In this document: one piece after another, positions 42,760 through 52,938 of the stretch
Numbering within the stretch: position 1 is the stretch's first letter
Layout: every line of letters begins with the position of its first letter
Virus record (IMG/VR): IMGVR_UViG_3300029286_000013
Length of the DNA: 64,000 nucleotides
Source: a virus
Reading direction: 5' to 3' (one strand)
Made by a program: the position numbers and the translations under genes
Notes under the pieces: model-generated
What the model was told of the DNA's origin: nothing
The model's database searches: none
The model's input: only the letters and a program-made list of their open reading frames with translations

Positions 42760-43904
42760 CTCCATTTAAAGAATGTAGGGCACATAAAAATGCAATCTTC
42801 ATAGGTAATGAAGAACCACCGTTTAGACCTTGTTGTTGGTTTAAAAATCCTATTGATGCTAATTCATATGAAGAATATCAACAGAAATTATCACAATTAG
42901 ACGTTGAAGAAAATTGTAGATATTGTATTGAAACAGAGTCTAATGGTGGCACATGGAGTCACCGAATGAATTACATGGATCTCGAAAATGAAAACTTTAT
43001 TACAGTATCTATTTCTTTTGATAATTTATGTAATTTAAAATGTATTACTTGCTCACCTACAAATAGTTCTCAATTGGCTACTGAAATTAAAAATTCTACA
43101 CAGAAAAAAATATATACTTCAATTCACAAAAAGCGACCGATAAAAGCTGAATTTTTAAAAAAAATGCTATCCGACGCTAATAGCGTTACTCATCGAACAA
43201 TAAACCTAGAAATATTAGGAGGTGAACCGTTAATAAATCCCGTAGTGTATGATTTTTTAGATTGGTTAATAGAACAACCGTATGCTCCAATGGCACAGGT
43301 AAATCTTACTACTAATGGTACTACATTTGATGATAGAATTTTAAAATACATAAAATATTTTCGAAAATTTTTATTGCAACTTAGCATTGATGGTATAGAA
43401 AATACATTTGAATATGTACGTTTTGGCGCAAAGTTTTCTACCCTTGAACAGGTAACCAGTAAATTTTATGAGTTACTCACATTATACCCTGAAAAATTTG
43501 CAATATCAATGAACTACACGTTGACTTGGATGAACTCATTACACATTAAAGAATTTTTTAATTGGGTCAATATTAATTATCCTAAAATAAATCATATATT
43601 GGTTACAAAACTTGAGTGGCCATTTGAATACGCTATTAACATTTTACCAATAGAATTACGTAAACAAATAGTTGAAGAAGTATCAAAACTTACCACTGAT
43701 TCTAACAGTAGAGGTGTACAATCTGGACTTAAATATTACAAACAACATATGCTTAATACCCCTGATAATACAAGATTAAGATATACTATACAAACCGGTA
43801 TTAATACTTTAAATAGAAATGACAAACTTATAAATAGAAATTCAGATTTCAATAAAACTTTTAAACCAATGATAGATTTACTAAAAACAAACAACATTAT
43901 ATGA
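42750..43904 (+). CDS. Radical SAM enzyme 7, short N-terminal Twitch-like domain (MDLTP subtype)
   Basis: CNLKCITC, LGGEP; ECRA..RPCCWF..CRYC. Confidence 0.9.
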   Translation: MDLTPFKECRAHKNAIFIGNEEPPFRPCCWFKNPIDANSYEEYQQKLSQLDVEENCRYCIETESNGGTWSHRMNYMDLENENFITVSISFDNLCNLKCITCSPTNSSQLATEIKNSTQKKIYTSIHKKRPIKAEFLKKMLSDANSVTHRTINLEILGGEPLINPVVYDFLDWLIEQPYAPMAQVNLTTNGTTFDDRILKYIKYFRKFLLQLSIDGIENTFEYVRFGAKFSTLEQVTSKFYELLTLYPEKFAISMNYTLTWMNSLHIKEFFNWVNINYPKINHILVTKLEWPFEYAINILPIELRKQIVEEVSKLTTDSNSRGVQSGLKYYKQHMLNTPDNTRLRYTIQTGINTLNRNDKLINRNSDFNKTFKPMIDLLKTNNII

Positions 43905-45202
43905 ACTCTATAGAAAAAGCGGCAACCAGTAAAACATTTTGCATATATCCATGGATACACCAATATGTAGATACGACCGGAGACGTAAAACCCTGCTGTA
44001 TATATAATCCTAACAAAGAAGGTATAGGAAATCTTAAAGATAATAGTCTTAAAGAACTTTGGAACAATGACCTTACCAAACAAATGCGTTTAGATATGCT
44101 TAATGGTGTTACCATACAGGGTTGTTCAAAATGCAATGGTAGAGAAGGTATAAGTACTACTCACCGAGATGAGGTCAATATAATTTGGAATAACCAAATA
44201 CAAAATTTGGTTGAGCAGACTAATGTTGATGGTTCGTTGCCAACACATGAATTAAAATACATAGACGCAAGATTTAACAATTTATGCAATTTTAAATGTA
44301 GAACATGTGGTCCTAGATTTAGTACAAGTTGGTACGATGATTATCAAAATACAAGGGATGAAAACGCATACAATGAATTCCCCAAAACACTGTTGTATCC
44401 TGGTAATACAAAAGAACATCTTTTAGAAGAAATTATAGAGCAGTTGCCATATGTAGAACGTATTTATTTTGCAGGTGGCGAGCCTATGATGCAAGTAGAA
44501 CATTATTTGATATTAGAAAATTTAATTAATTTAAAAAATACAGGTGTAATTAATAAACTTCCCATGATTGTCTATAGTACTAATTTTAGTTCATTGAAAT
44601 TAGGTAATCGTTTTGCTATTGATTTATGGAGACAATTTCCAAAGGTTGTTTTAAATTTAAGCCTTGACGGTAGTTACGAACGAGCTGAATATTGGCGCAA
44701 GGGAACAAAGTGGAATGATATAGTTGATAATTTAAAAACAGTAATAAATGACAATCCTCGTGCTCGGATTTCTATTAATTACACATTGTCTTGGGTTAAT
44801 GCATTTAATTTACCTGACTTGCATAAAGAATGGGTAATGTTGGGTTACATAAATCCAAATAAAATTAATGTCGGTTGTTTAGATGATCCTGATAGGTACT
44901 CATTAAAAGGCATACCTACATGGAAAAAGAAACAAATTGAACAAAAGTTTTTAGAACATATTGACTGGTTACGTAGTATAAAATCAAGTGATAATAATAA
45001 ATTTTTTAAAGTATATGATAGTACCATAAAACAATTTACTGATGCCATTAGTTTTATGAATAGTTTTGATTCCGGCGATGATTTTATATACAAAGACACT
45101 TTTAAAGAAGTAAACAATAAATATGATCGAGTTCGTAATGAAGATTTTTTAAAAGTGTTTACTGAGCATACAGATATGATAGAATTTATACAAGAGAAAT
45201 AA
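43901..45202 (+). CDS. Radical SAM enzyme 8, N-terminal Twitch-like domain (CxxPW subtype)
   Basis: CNFKCRTC, AGGEP; CIYPW..PCC..CSKC. Confidence 0.9.
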   Translation: MNSIEKAATSKTFCIYPWIHQYVDTTGDVKPCCIYNPNKEGIGNLKDNSLKELWNNDLTKQMRLDMLNGVTIQGCSKCNGREGISTTHRDEVNIIWNNQIQNLVEQTNVDGSLPTHELKYIDARFNNLCNFKCRTCGPRFSTSWYDDYQNTRDENAYNEFPKTLLYPGNTKEHLLEEIIEQLPYVERIYFAGGEPMMQVEHYLILENLINLKNTGVINKLPMIVYSTNFSSLKLGNRFAIDLWRQFPKVVLNLSLDGSYERAEYWRKGTKWNDIVDNLKTVINDNPRARISINYTLSWVNAFNLPDLHKEWVMLGYINPNKINVGCLDDPDRYSLKGIPTWKKKQIEQKFLEHIDWLRSIKSSDNNKFFKVYDSTIKQFTDAISFMNSFDSGDDFIYKDTFKEVNNKYDRVRNEDFLKVFTEHTDMIEFIQEK

Positions 45203-45204
45203 TA

Positions 45205-46386
45205 ATGGATTTAACTCCCTATAAAAATTGTTTAGCATTAAAAAATAGTATTTTTATTGCTAACGAAGAAAAACCATATAGACCCTGTTGTTGGTTCAAA
45301 ACATACATAGATGCCACAGACATTAATGATTATAAACAACAACTTTCTGAAATGGATTTAGAATACAATTGTGATTATTGTATTAAACAAGACCAAGGCG
45401 GAAGTTATAGTTATAGACAAATGTTTAAAGATCCAAATGAAATGGTTATAACCGCATCATTCGACAATATTTGTAATTTAAAATGTGTTACTTGTACGCC
45501 TAATAATAGCACTCAAATTCTTGCAGAGAGATTTAAATTTGATGAGAAGGTTGATGCTGAATATACTAGAAAATATATTACGGAAGTAGTAGCTAAACAA
45601 GCTCCAAAAAAAATAGATTTTATAAAAACTACTTTAGCTAATGCTACATTTAATAGATTACGTTTTGATATATTAGGTGGAGAACCACTAATTAATCCGG
45701 CAATTTTTGAATTTATGGATTGGTTATCTGAACAACCGTATGCTAAACAAACTACGGTAGCTCTCACTACAAACGGCACGACTTATACAGATAAGCTAAC
45801 AAAATATTTAGACAAGTTTCTTAGAGTAGGCGTTCAGCTTAGTATAGATGGTATTGGTGAAGAGTTCGAATATTTACGCTACGGATCATCATTTGAAAAT
45901 TTAGAACAGGTGTCTAATAGTTTTTATGCATTAAAAACTAAATATTCTAATTTTGGAATAGGGGCACATTACACACTTTCTTGGATGAATTGTTTGACAT
46001 TTGCCGAATATTTTAATTGGTCACAATCTAATTACCCTGAGTTAGAAATATATGTTAGCAAATTACAAAGTCCCGATCATTATTCTATTGAACTATTATC
46101 ATTAGAAATGAGAGAAAAAATATTTGATGAAACAATGAAGAAGATAGCAACTCCGATTAATAAACATTATGAAAAGGCATTATTTTTGTATAAAGAACAT
46201 ATGCTATCTACTGCATACGATGAATATAATGAAAAATTATTACAGCATGGAATGTCCACATTGAACGTAATTGATTATAGACGTAATGCAGACCATAGAA
46301 AAATAATAAAAAACTTTGTAAATTTTCTATCACTATCTAAGAAAAATATTTGGTTTAATTATGTGACGGATACTAAACCGGTTTAA
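45205..46386 (+). CDS. Radical SAM enzyme 9, short N-terminal Twitch-like domain (MDLTP subtype)
   Basis: CNLKCVTC, LGGEP; NCLA..RPCCWF..CDYC; close paralogue of enzyme 7. Confidence 0.9.
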   Translation: MDLTPYKNCLALKNSIFIANEEKPYRPCCWFKTYIDATDINDYKQQLSEMDLEYNCDYCIKQDQGGSYSYRQMFKDPNEMVITASFDNICNLKCVTCTPNNSTQILAERFKFDEKVDAEYTRKYITEVVAKQAPKKIDFIKTTLANATFNRLRFDILGGEPLINPAIFEFMDWLSEQPYAKQTTVALTTNGTTYTDKLTKYLDKFLRVGVQLSIDGIGEEFEYLRYGSSFENLEQVSNSFYALKTKYSNFGIGAHYTLSWMNCLTFAEYFNWSQSNYPELEIYVSKLQSPDHYSIELLSLEMREKIFDETMKKIATPINKHYEKALFLYKEHMLSTAYDEYNEKLLQHGMSTLNVIDYRRNADHRKIIKNFVNFLSLSKKNIWFNYVTDTKPV

Positions 46387-46396
46387 TGGGATAATA

Positions 46397-47713
46397 ATGT
46401 TAGATAAAAAAATTGAAGATTTATCGGAACATTTTTGTAGTGTACCCTGGTTACAAATTCACACTGAGCCAAATGGTAAAGTGTTTCCTTGCTGTTATTA
46501 CAGCTTTGATGCAAAGCATGATTTAGGCAATTGGAATAAAGAAAAACTGGTTGACATATTTAATAGTAAAAAATGGAATCAACTTAGAAAAGATTTTTTA
46601 GATGGTAAAAAGCCAGAGGCTTGTACCCGTTGTTGGAAAGAAGAAGATTCAGGATCGACTAGTATGCGACAAAGATTTAACGAGCGATACTCTGACTTCC
46701 CTGACTATACAAATCAAAATGGCTATAATAAGCTAAAAGATATTATTACCTATACTAACGATGATGGGTCAGTTGACAATATTAAACTAGCTACTATTGA
46801 CTTGATTTTTAATAATCTATGTAATTTGAAATGCAGGTCATGTGGTCCCGGATTGAGCACGGGCTGGATACCGGATCAAATTAAGTTAGGTAGATATCAG
46901 ATTAATCCAACATCATTGATAACCAATGATGGTGTATTACACATGCAGGATGATTTAGACTATCTTATTGATATGATTGATCCCTACACAGAAATACATT
47001 TCAGTGGTGGTGAACCAATGATGCAAGAAGAACATTATTTGTTTTTAAAATTATTGGTTGAACGTGGCAAAACACAGACAAAAATACGATATAACACTAA
47101 TCTTACAGTGTACACTTTAAAAGACTATAATGCGTTTGAAATGCTACAGCATTTTGATAATGTGTTTATTGTGGGTAGTATTGATGCTATGGGTACTGAA
47201 GGAGAATATATACGTAAAGGCTTTGACTGGGAACTTGCTAAAAAATGGATAGAAACTGCTAAAAAATATTTACCCAAGGCTGACTATGGTATTAGTGCAG
47301 TATTCAGTTTGTTAAATTGTTACGGATCAGTTGATTTACATAGATACATGTGTGAAAGTGATGTATTTAAAAGACCAGATGGTAAAACTTTTGGATTTTA
47401 TTTAAACACGTTGCATTCCCCACCTCAATTACGAACTAAAATTTTGCCACCAAACGTAAAATTAGAAGTTACTGAAAAGATTAATAAACACATGGAATGG
47501 TTAGCAGAAACGCAAGAACATGATTTTAATTATGATGTTACTATCGCACATTGGAAAGATGCAATACTGTTTATGAACAGCGAAGATGAGAGTAACCACC
47601 TATCAAAATTTTATGTAGAGACAAACTTACTTGATGATATAAGAAAAGAACAATTTGGTGAGGTATTTCCTTACTTAGATTCAAAATTTAAAGAATATTT
47701 AACAAATGAGTAA
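46397..47713 (+). CDS. Radical SAM enzyme 10, N-terminal Twitch-like domain (CxxPW subtype)
   Basis: CNLKCRSC, SGGEP; CSVPW..PCC..CTRC. Confidence 0.9.
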   Translation: MLDKKIEDLSEHFCSVPWLQIHTEPNGKVFPCCYYSFDAKHDLGNWNKEKLVDIFNSKKWNQLRKDFLDGKKPEACTRCWKEEDSGSTSMRQRFNERYSDFPDYTNQNGYNKLKDIITYTNDDGSVDNIKLATIDLIFNNLCNLKCRSCGPGLSTGWIPDQIKLGRYQINPTSLITNDGVLHMQDDLDYLIDMIDPYTEIHFSGGEPMMQEEHYLFLKLLVERGKTQTKIRYNTNLTVYTLKDYNAFEMLQHFDNVFIVGSIDAMGTEGEYIRKGFDWELAKKWIETAKKYLPKADYGISAVFSLLNCYGSVDLHRYMCESDVFKRPDGKTFGFYLNTLHSPPQLRTKILPPNVKLEVTEKINKHMEWLAETQEHDFNYDVTIAHWKDAILFMNSEDESNHLSKFYVETNLLDDIRKEQFGEVFPYLDSKFKEYLTNE

Positions 47714-49034
47714 TAACTTTAACCCAGTTGAAATGGCAAAGAGTAGTAAAACGTTTTGCATCTTTCCGTGGATACAACAATACGTAGGCCCTCCCGGTGA
47801 CGTTAAACCTTGCTGTGTTTATGATAACAAAGACGAAATTGGTAGTCTTAAAGAAAACACATTAGCAGAGATTTGGAATAACGATAAAACAAAGCAAATG
47901 CGACTAAATTTCTTAAATGGAATAGAAGAACCAAGTTGTAGTATATGTAACCGTCGTGCAGAATTAGGACATGCACATAAGAATGAATATAATAGAATGT
48001 TCTTTGACACTGATGAAGAAATTCAAAAAATTGTAGCAAGCACTAATATAGACGGATCACTAGACGAACACAAACTATACTATATTGATGTTAGGTATAA
48101 TAATCTATGTAATTTAAGTTGCCGCAGTTGTGCCCCTCATTTTAGTACAAGTTGGGTAATGGATCATCGTAAGTTATACAACTTAGCTGAAAGACGAGAT
48201 AAAGATGACGGTTATCAGTTCCCGGGTAAAACTGAAGGTCAAGCATTAGAAGAAATTATTCCTCACCTTGCAACAGCAAAGATGATTTACTTTGCAGGTG
48301 GTGAGCCATTGATGCAAAAAGAACATTATGAAGTTCTTGAAAAATTAATTGAATTTGGAAACACCGATTTAGAGATTCGCTACAATACAAACTTCAGTAA
48401 TTTTAAACTAAAAAAATACGACAATGTATTAGAGTATTGGAAAAAGTTCAGCAACGTACACGTATATGCTAGCTTAGATGGTAGCCACGAAAAGGGTGAG
48501 TACTGGCGTAATGGTATAGATTGGAAACAAGTTGTAGAGAACCGTAAACAAATGATGGAAGAATGTCCGCACGTACATTTTATGATTTCATACACACTAA
48601 GTTGGCCTAATGCTTTTAACTTGGTAGAGTTTCATAGAGAATGGTCAGACTTAGGTTATCTAAAACCTGAACATATGATGGTCAATCCATTAGATACTCC
48701 ACCATACTATTGTTTAAAAAATATCCCAAACTGGAAGAAAACTGAGATTGAAGTAGCATTGCAAAAAAACATTGACTGGTTAAAATCTTTAGACCCGACG
48801 TTCGGAATCATAAGTATGTATGAAACTGCAATTAAATTCATGTGGGATGAAAATGGTCAATATTATAATGGAATTGATGAGAGTTTGAAAGAATTTAGTA
48901 AAATTACTACTAAGCTAGATGAAATTCGTGACCAAAATTTCTTTAAGGTGTATCCAGAACACATAAACATAAAGAATTATTTGATACACAATGAATTGAA
49001 TGTTGAATTTGATTATAGCAAATCCAAAAAATAA
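47706..49034 (+). CDS. Radical SAM enzyme 11, N-terminal Twitch-like domain (CxxPW subtype)
   Basis: CNLSCRSC, AGGEP; CIFPW..PCC..CSIC; close paralogue of enzyme 8. Confidence 0.9.
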   Translation: MSNNFNPVEMAKSSKTFCIFPWIQQYVGPPGDVKPCCVYDNKDEIGSLKENTLAEIWNNDKTKQMRLNFLNGIEEPSCSICNRRAELGHAHKNEYNRMFFDTDEEIQKIVASTNIDGSLDEHKLYYIDVRYNNLCNLSCRSCAPHFSTSWVMDHRKLYNLAERRDKDDGYQFPGKTEGQALEEIIPHLATAKMIYFAGGEPLMQKEHYEVLEKLIEFGNTDLEIRYNTNFSNFKLKKYDNVLEYWKKFSNVHVYASLDGSHEKGEYWRNGIDWKQVVENRKQMMEECPHVHFMISYTLSWPNAFNLVEFHREWSDLGYLKPEHMMVNPLDTPPYYCLKNIPNWKKTEIEVALQKNIDWLKSLDPTFGIISMYETAIKFMWDENGQYYNGIDESLKEFSKITTKLDEIRDQNFFKVYPEHINIKNYLIHNELNVEFDYSKSKK

Positions 49035-50287
49035 TGGACGAGAAGAAACTATTTAAGATAAGAGATGAGACAAGCGATACGTTTTGTCTTGCAAAATTTC
49101 ATGAGGCAAGTATCTGGGTTTACTCCGGTAAGATTGCCAGTTGCCATTACACTCCTTTTATTCAAGTAGGCAATACAGTAGATACATTCTATAATCCTGC
49201 GGAAAAACGTGAACAACAAAAGAAAATGTTAGCAGGAGAACAACCACCTGCATGTGATAGTTGCTGGCGTTATGAGAATCTAGGATTACGTAGCGACAGA
49301 ACACGTAAGAGTCTAAGCTTTAAGGATCACTTATCAGCAGAAGATTATAAGAACCCTAACTATGTATTCAAGCCCAAAGCATTAGAGTTAGCTTTTCAGA
49401 ATACATGCAACTTGGCATGTAGCTATTGTAGTCCACAGTTTAGTACAAGCTGGACTAATGATATCAGAGTAAATGGTGTTTATAAAGGCATCATTACTGA
49501 TGACCGCAGACATTATCAAAAAGATATCAACGAACTCAATGAGATGATAGACCCACCTGACATGACATTGTTCTGGGAATGGTTTGAGAGTGTTGCTACT
49601 AGTTTAGAATCTATCCGTGTCTCTGGTGGAGAACCACTGATGCACGAAGAAGTCTTTCGTGTATTTGAAATGATGACAGAGATAAACCCGAACATTGAAT
49701 GCGTGATACACAGCAACCTCTGCCAGAAGCCAGTAATCATGGATAGATTCTTTGACAAGATTAGTGGATTAACTAACTTGCGGATGAACATCAGTAATGA
49801 AAGTGCCGGTGAGACAGCAGAATTCATTCGTGAGGGTATGCTATACACTGAGTGGTTAGAGAATATCGAACGATTAGCAAACAGTACGGTCAGAGAGTTT
49901 AGTGTAAGTACAACAGTAAGTGCAATTGCGTTACAATCACTTGACCAAATGTATTTGGACATCATTGCTATACGCAATCGTTCTAAAGTAAAACCTTACA
50001 TCTCAATCAACATGGTTGATAAGCCAGACTTCCAAGGCTTTGCTTGTCTAACACGTGAAGAACGTGACTTTTACATTAAGAAGTATACAAAGTTTTACGA
50101 GTCAATTAAAGATGAGTTGTTACCAGTAGAACATGAACATTGTGCTAGATTACTTAAGTTTTTAGACGAGGGCTTCATTAAAGAAACCCAACCGCAACTA
50201 CGTAAAGACAGTGATATATTCTTTGAACAATATACACAGCGTAGAAACAAACCAGACAATTTAGCAAAATATATAGGATTAAGATAA
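49034..50287 (+). CDS. Radical SAM enzyme 12, N-terminal Twitch-like domain (CxAK subtype)
   Basis: CNLACSYC, SGGEP; CLAKF..SCHY..CDSCW. Confidence 0.9.
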   Translation: MDEKKLFKIRDETSDTFCLAKFHEASIWVYSGKIASCHYTPFIQVGNTVDTFYNPAEKREQQKKMLAGEQPPACDSCWRYENLGLRSDRTRKSLSFKDHLSAEDYKNPNYVFKPKALELAFQNTCNLACSYCSPQFSTSWTNDIRVNGVYKGIITDDRRHYQKDINELNEMIDPPDMTLFWEWFESVATSLESIRVSGGEPLMHEEVFRVFEMMTEINPNIECVIHSNLCQKPVIMDRFFDKISGLTNLRMNISNESAGETAEFIREGMLYTEWLENIERLANSTVREFSVSTTVSAIALQSLDQMYLDIIAIRNRSKVKPYISINMVDKPDFQGFACLTREERDFYIKKYTKFYESIKDELLPVEHEHCARLLKFLDEGFIKETQPQLRKDSDIFFEQYTQRRNKPDNLAKYIGLR

Positions 50288-51459
50288 TGGAACGAATGTA
50301 CGAAGTTAAAAACGTTAAAAGATTGCACATAGAATTGTCTAGTAGATGCAATGCTAGTTGTCCTGCATGTAGTAGAAACTATTCAGGCGGTCCTATTGCA
50401 GATGGTTTGGAACTAACTGACTTGTCATTGAGTGATATTAAACGTATGGTTCCAGTGGAAATAGCAAAGAATTTAATAGGCATTAACTTTTGTGGAAACG
50501 TCGGTGATCCAGGCATGGCACCAGACTTAATTCCTATATTAGAATATTTTAGAGAACATTCACCTAAGATAGTACAGCAACTTAGAACTAATAGTGGTAT
50601 GCGTAATGAAAAGTTTTGGACAACATTAGGTGAATTCTTTGTGAAACAACCTCCGCCTAGGGACAATCATTTGTTTAGTAAAGCCGGAGTTGTGTTTAGT
50701 GTAGATGGATTAGAAGATACTAATCACATATACCGAAGAGGTGTTATATGGGATAAACTAATCAGAAATATGAGGGCATACAGTGCGACCGGTGCATTTG
50801 CTGTATGGGAATGGTTATTATTTGAACACAATGAGCATCAAGTTGAAGAAGCAAGAACAATTGCAAAAGAGTTAGGATTTGAATTCATTGTTAAGAACCC
50901 GTTAGGATTCGGAGAGTATGAAGATTCACTAAGTGGTATGAACGTCTATGGTAAAGACGGTGACTATGAATACACAATTTGGCCTACTAAGTATACCGGA
51001 CACAGAAAAGAACCTTTGTTTGGTAAAAAAGTTGATTTTAGTTATATGAACAGACTAACTATTCCTATCTTACCTGAATTCAGTAAAGAGTTAGAAAAGA
51101 ATTCTAAGATAGTTTGTAAATCTATCGAACACTCTGAGTCAAAAGAAATATACATTTCAGCAAATGGATATATGCTCCCGTGTTGTTTCTTGGGTGGTGT
51201 GTTTGGTCAATTTCATAGTTCATACTCACGTTATCAATTTAACAAAATGATTAATGATTATGGATTAGAAGTATTCAATTTAAAGAATCAATCAATGCTT
51301 GATATTATTCAAGGTCCTGACTTTAGTAAGTTTTTCTTAGATGGATGGAAAGCAGATACGATTGAGAATGGTAAATTATTATATTGTTTAGAAACATGTG
51401 GACACAAGTCTGCTATGGATAAACTATACAGCACAAAAATGATAGAGGTAAACAAATGA
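50287..51459 (+). CDS. Radical SAM enzyme 13, conventional domain order with C-terminal Twitch/SPASM-like cysteines
   Basis: CNASCPAC near the N-terminus; 'FCGNVGDP' replaces GGEP; C-terminal VCKS..YISANGYMLPCC..CLETCG. Confidence 0.88.
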   Translation: MERMYEVKNVKRLHIELSSRCNASCPACSRNYSGGPIADGLELTDLSLSDIKRMVPVEIAKNLIGINFCGNVGDPGMAPDLIPILEYFREHSPKIVQQLRTNSGMRNEKFWTTLGEFFVKQPPPRDNHLFSKAGVVFSVDGLEDTNHIYRRGVIWDKLIRNMRAYSATGAFAVWEWLLFEHNEHQVEEARTIAKELGFEFIVKNPLGFGEYEDSLSGMNVYGKDGDYEYTIWPTKYTGHRKEPLFGKKVDFSYMNRLTIPILPEFSKELEKNSKIVCKSIEHSESKEIYISANGYMLPCCFLGGVFGQFHSSYSRYQFNKMINDYGLEVFNLKNQSMLDIIQGPDFSKFFLDGWKADTIENGKLLYCLETCGHKSAMDKLYSTKMIEVNK

Positions 51460-52187
51460 AAATAGGTATATTCGGAGATAGTTTTGCAGATAGAAATCCC
51501 TACAATCCAGAAAGTCCCTTTAAGGAAGATGAATCTTGGATTGCAGATATGGAAAACGCTGGACATAAAGTAGTTACGTATGGAAAAACAGGATCCTCTA
51601 CCTGGTACTCTTTTCAGCAATTTTTAGCTCACCGAGAACAGTTTGACCATATTATATTTTGCTACTCATCATTGCATAGAATACATCATTTGCCTGAGGG
51701 ACTTGAGGATTTGAGTTTTTTAACAACACCGGATGAATTGTATGCATTAAGAAGGAATAAAAATTTATCTAGGCAACAAGAATTAGAAATGGTTAGAATA
51801 TTAACCGGACATATACCCAATATTTCAATACCTTTTGATGTTTGGGTAAAACAACAAATATTCAATGACGTAAACATGATGTGTTACGGTAATAATATCA
51901 AACTTGTCAATTTACTTACATTTGATGATAGAAAAGATAAAAATACTACCATATCGTTAGAGTCAAGACAGGGAGATTGTTTGTATAATTTGTTCAATGT
52001 AAGTAAAAAAGAATTACCAACAATGGGTGATGTAGATAATAGATGGTGCCATCTTTCCAAAGAAAACAATTCAATATTGTCCGGGGTTATATTTAAATCA
52101 TTACTTAGTAAAGATAAAAATATTATTGATTTGTATAAACACACTGAATTTCAGTATAACAAAGAAATTACTGAGAGATATGAATGA
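51456..52187 (+). CDS. SGNH/GDSL-family hydrolase or acyltransferase-like protein
   Basis: N-terminal 'IGIFGDSF', block-II-like 'YGKTGSS', C-terminal 'DNRWCHLS'. Confidence 0.65.
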   Translation: MKIGIFGDSFADRNPYNPESPFKEDESWIADMENAGHKVVTYGKTGSSTWYSFQQFLAHREQFDHIIFCYSSLHRIHHLPEGLEDLSFLTTPDELYALRRNKNLSRQQELEMVRILTGHIPNISIPFDVWVKQQIFNDVNMMCYGNNIKLVNLLTFDDRKDKNTTISLESRQGDCLYNLFNVSKKELPTMGDVDNRWCHLSKENNSILSGVIFKSLLSKDKNIIDLYKHTEFQYNKEITERYE

Positions 52188-52930
52188 ATACAATTAATAG
52201 AGTGATTGTTTTAGGAGATAGTTATACTTTTGGTCACGGTTGTTCAGACCGAGAATTTCAATATGACAATTCTACTAAAACTTTTATAGGTAACGAGACT
52301 CCTTTTAAAAAAAATATTCCTAGCTCACATTGCTGGGCATCTTTGTTACAACATCAATTTAGTGATATAGAAGTAACAAATTTAGGAAAACCTGCAAATT
52401 GTAGTCAAGGACTATTTCGTAATTTAATAGAATACCATAATGAACATCCACTAAGTGAAAATGATATTATTATATATAATGGCACTTTCTTTGATAGAAT
52501 AGAAATTGCCTCAGGATCTAGGCCTGAGGTTGCAACACCGTGGGCAATGGGATGGGACCATCATTCTCAAATGGAAAATAAAATACCATATAATATGGCT
52601 AAAAAAATGTATATAACACATTTGTTTAACGATGATATTGGGTATAATCTTTCATTAACTTCATTATTAGCAACATATGGATTTGCAACAATACATAATT
52701 TAAAATTTATATGGAATCTTCCAATTCAAGCCTACCCGAATACATTTTTACAAAAACTTGTATGTATTAGTAAATTACAAATACCACATATTTCTAAATA
52801 TGATTTTTCTGGATGTGAAGATTATGATATTAATAAAACTTGTTACGCACCCGATCATCATGTAAATGATAAGGGCCATTTAATTTATTTTGAAAAAGAA
52901 ATAATCCCCCTGATGCAACGCCTTCTATAA
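52184..52930 (+). CDS. SGNH/GDSL-family protein
   Basis: 'VLGDSYTFGHG', 'VTNLGKPA', C-terminal 'PDHHVNDKGH'. Confidence 0.7.
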   Translation: MNTINRVIVLGDSYTFGHGCSDREFQYDNSTKTFIGNETPFKKNIPSSHCWASLLQHQFSDIEVTNLGKPANCSQGLFRNLIEYHNEHPLSENDIIIYNGTFFDRIEIASGSRPEVATPWAMGWDHHSQMENKIPYNMAKKMYITHLFNDDIGYNLSLTSLLATYGFATIHNLKFIWNLPIQAYPNTFLQKLVCISKLQIPHISKYDFSGCEDYDINKTCYAPDHHVNDKGHLIYFEKEIIPLMQRLL

Positions 52931-52933
52931 ATA
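52926..52933 (+). promoter_or_regulatory. Perfect T4 late promoter consensus TATAAATA inside the enzyme cluster
   Basis: At one of the few non-overlapping gene junctions, 5 nt before the ATG of rSAM 14. Confidence 0.6.
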
Positions 52934-52938
52934 GCTGT

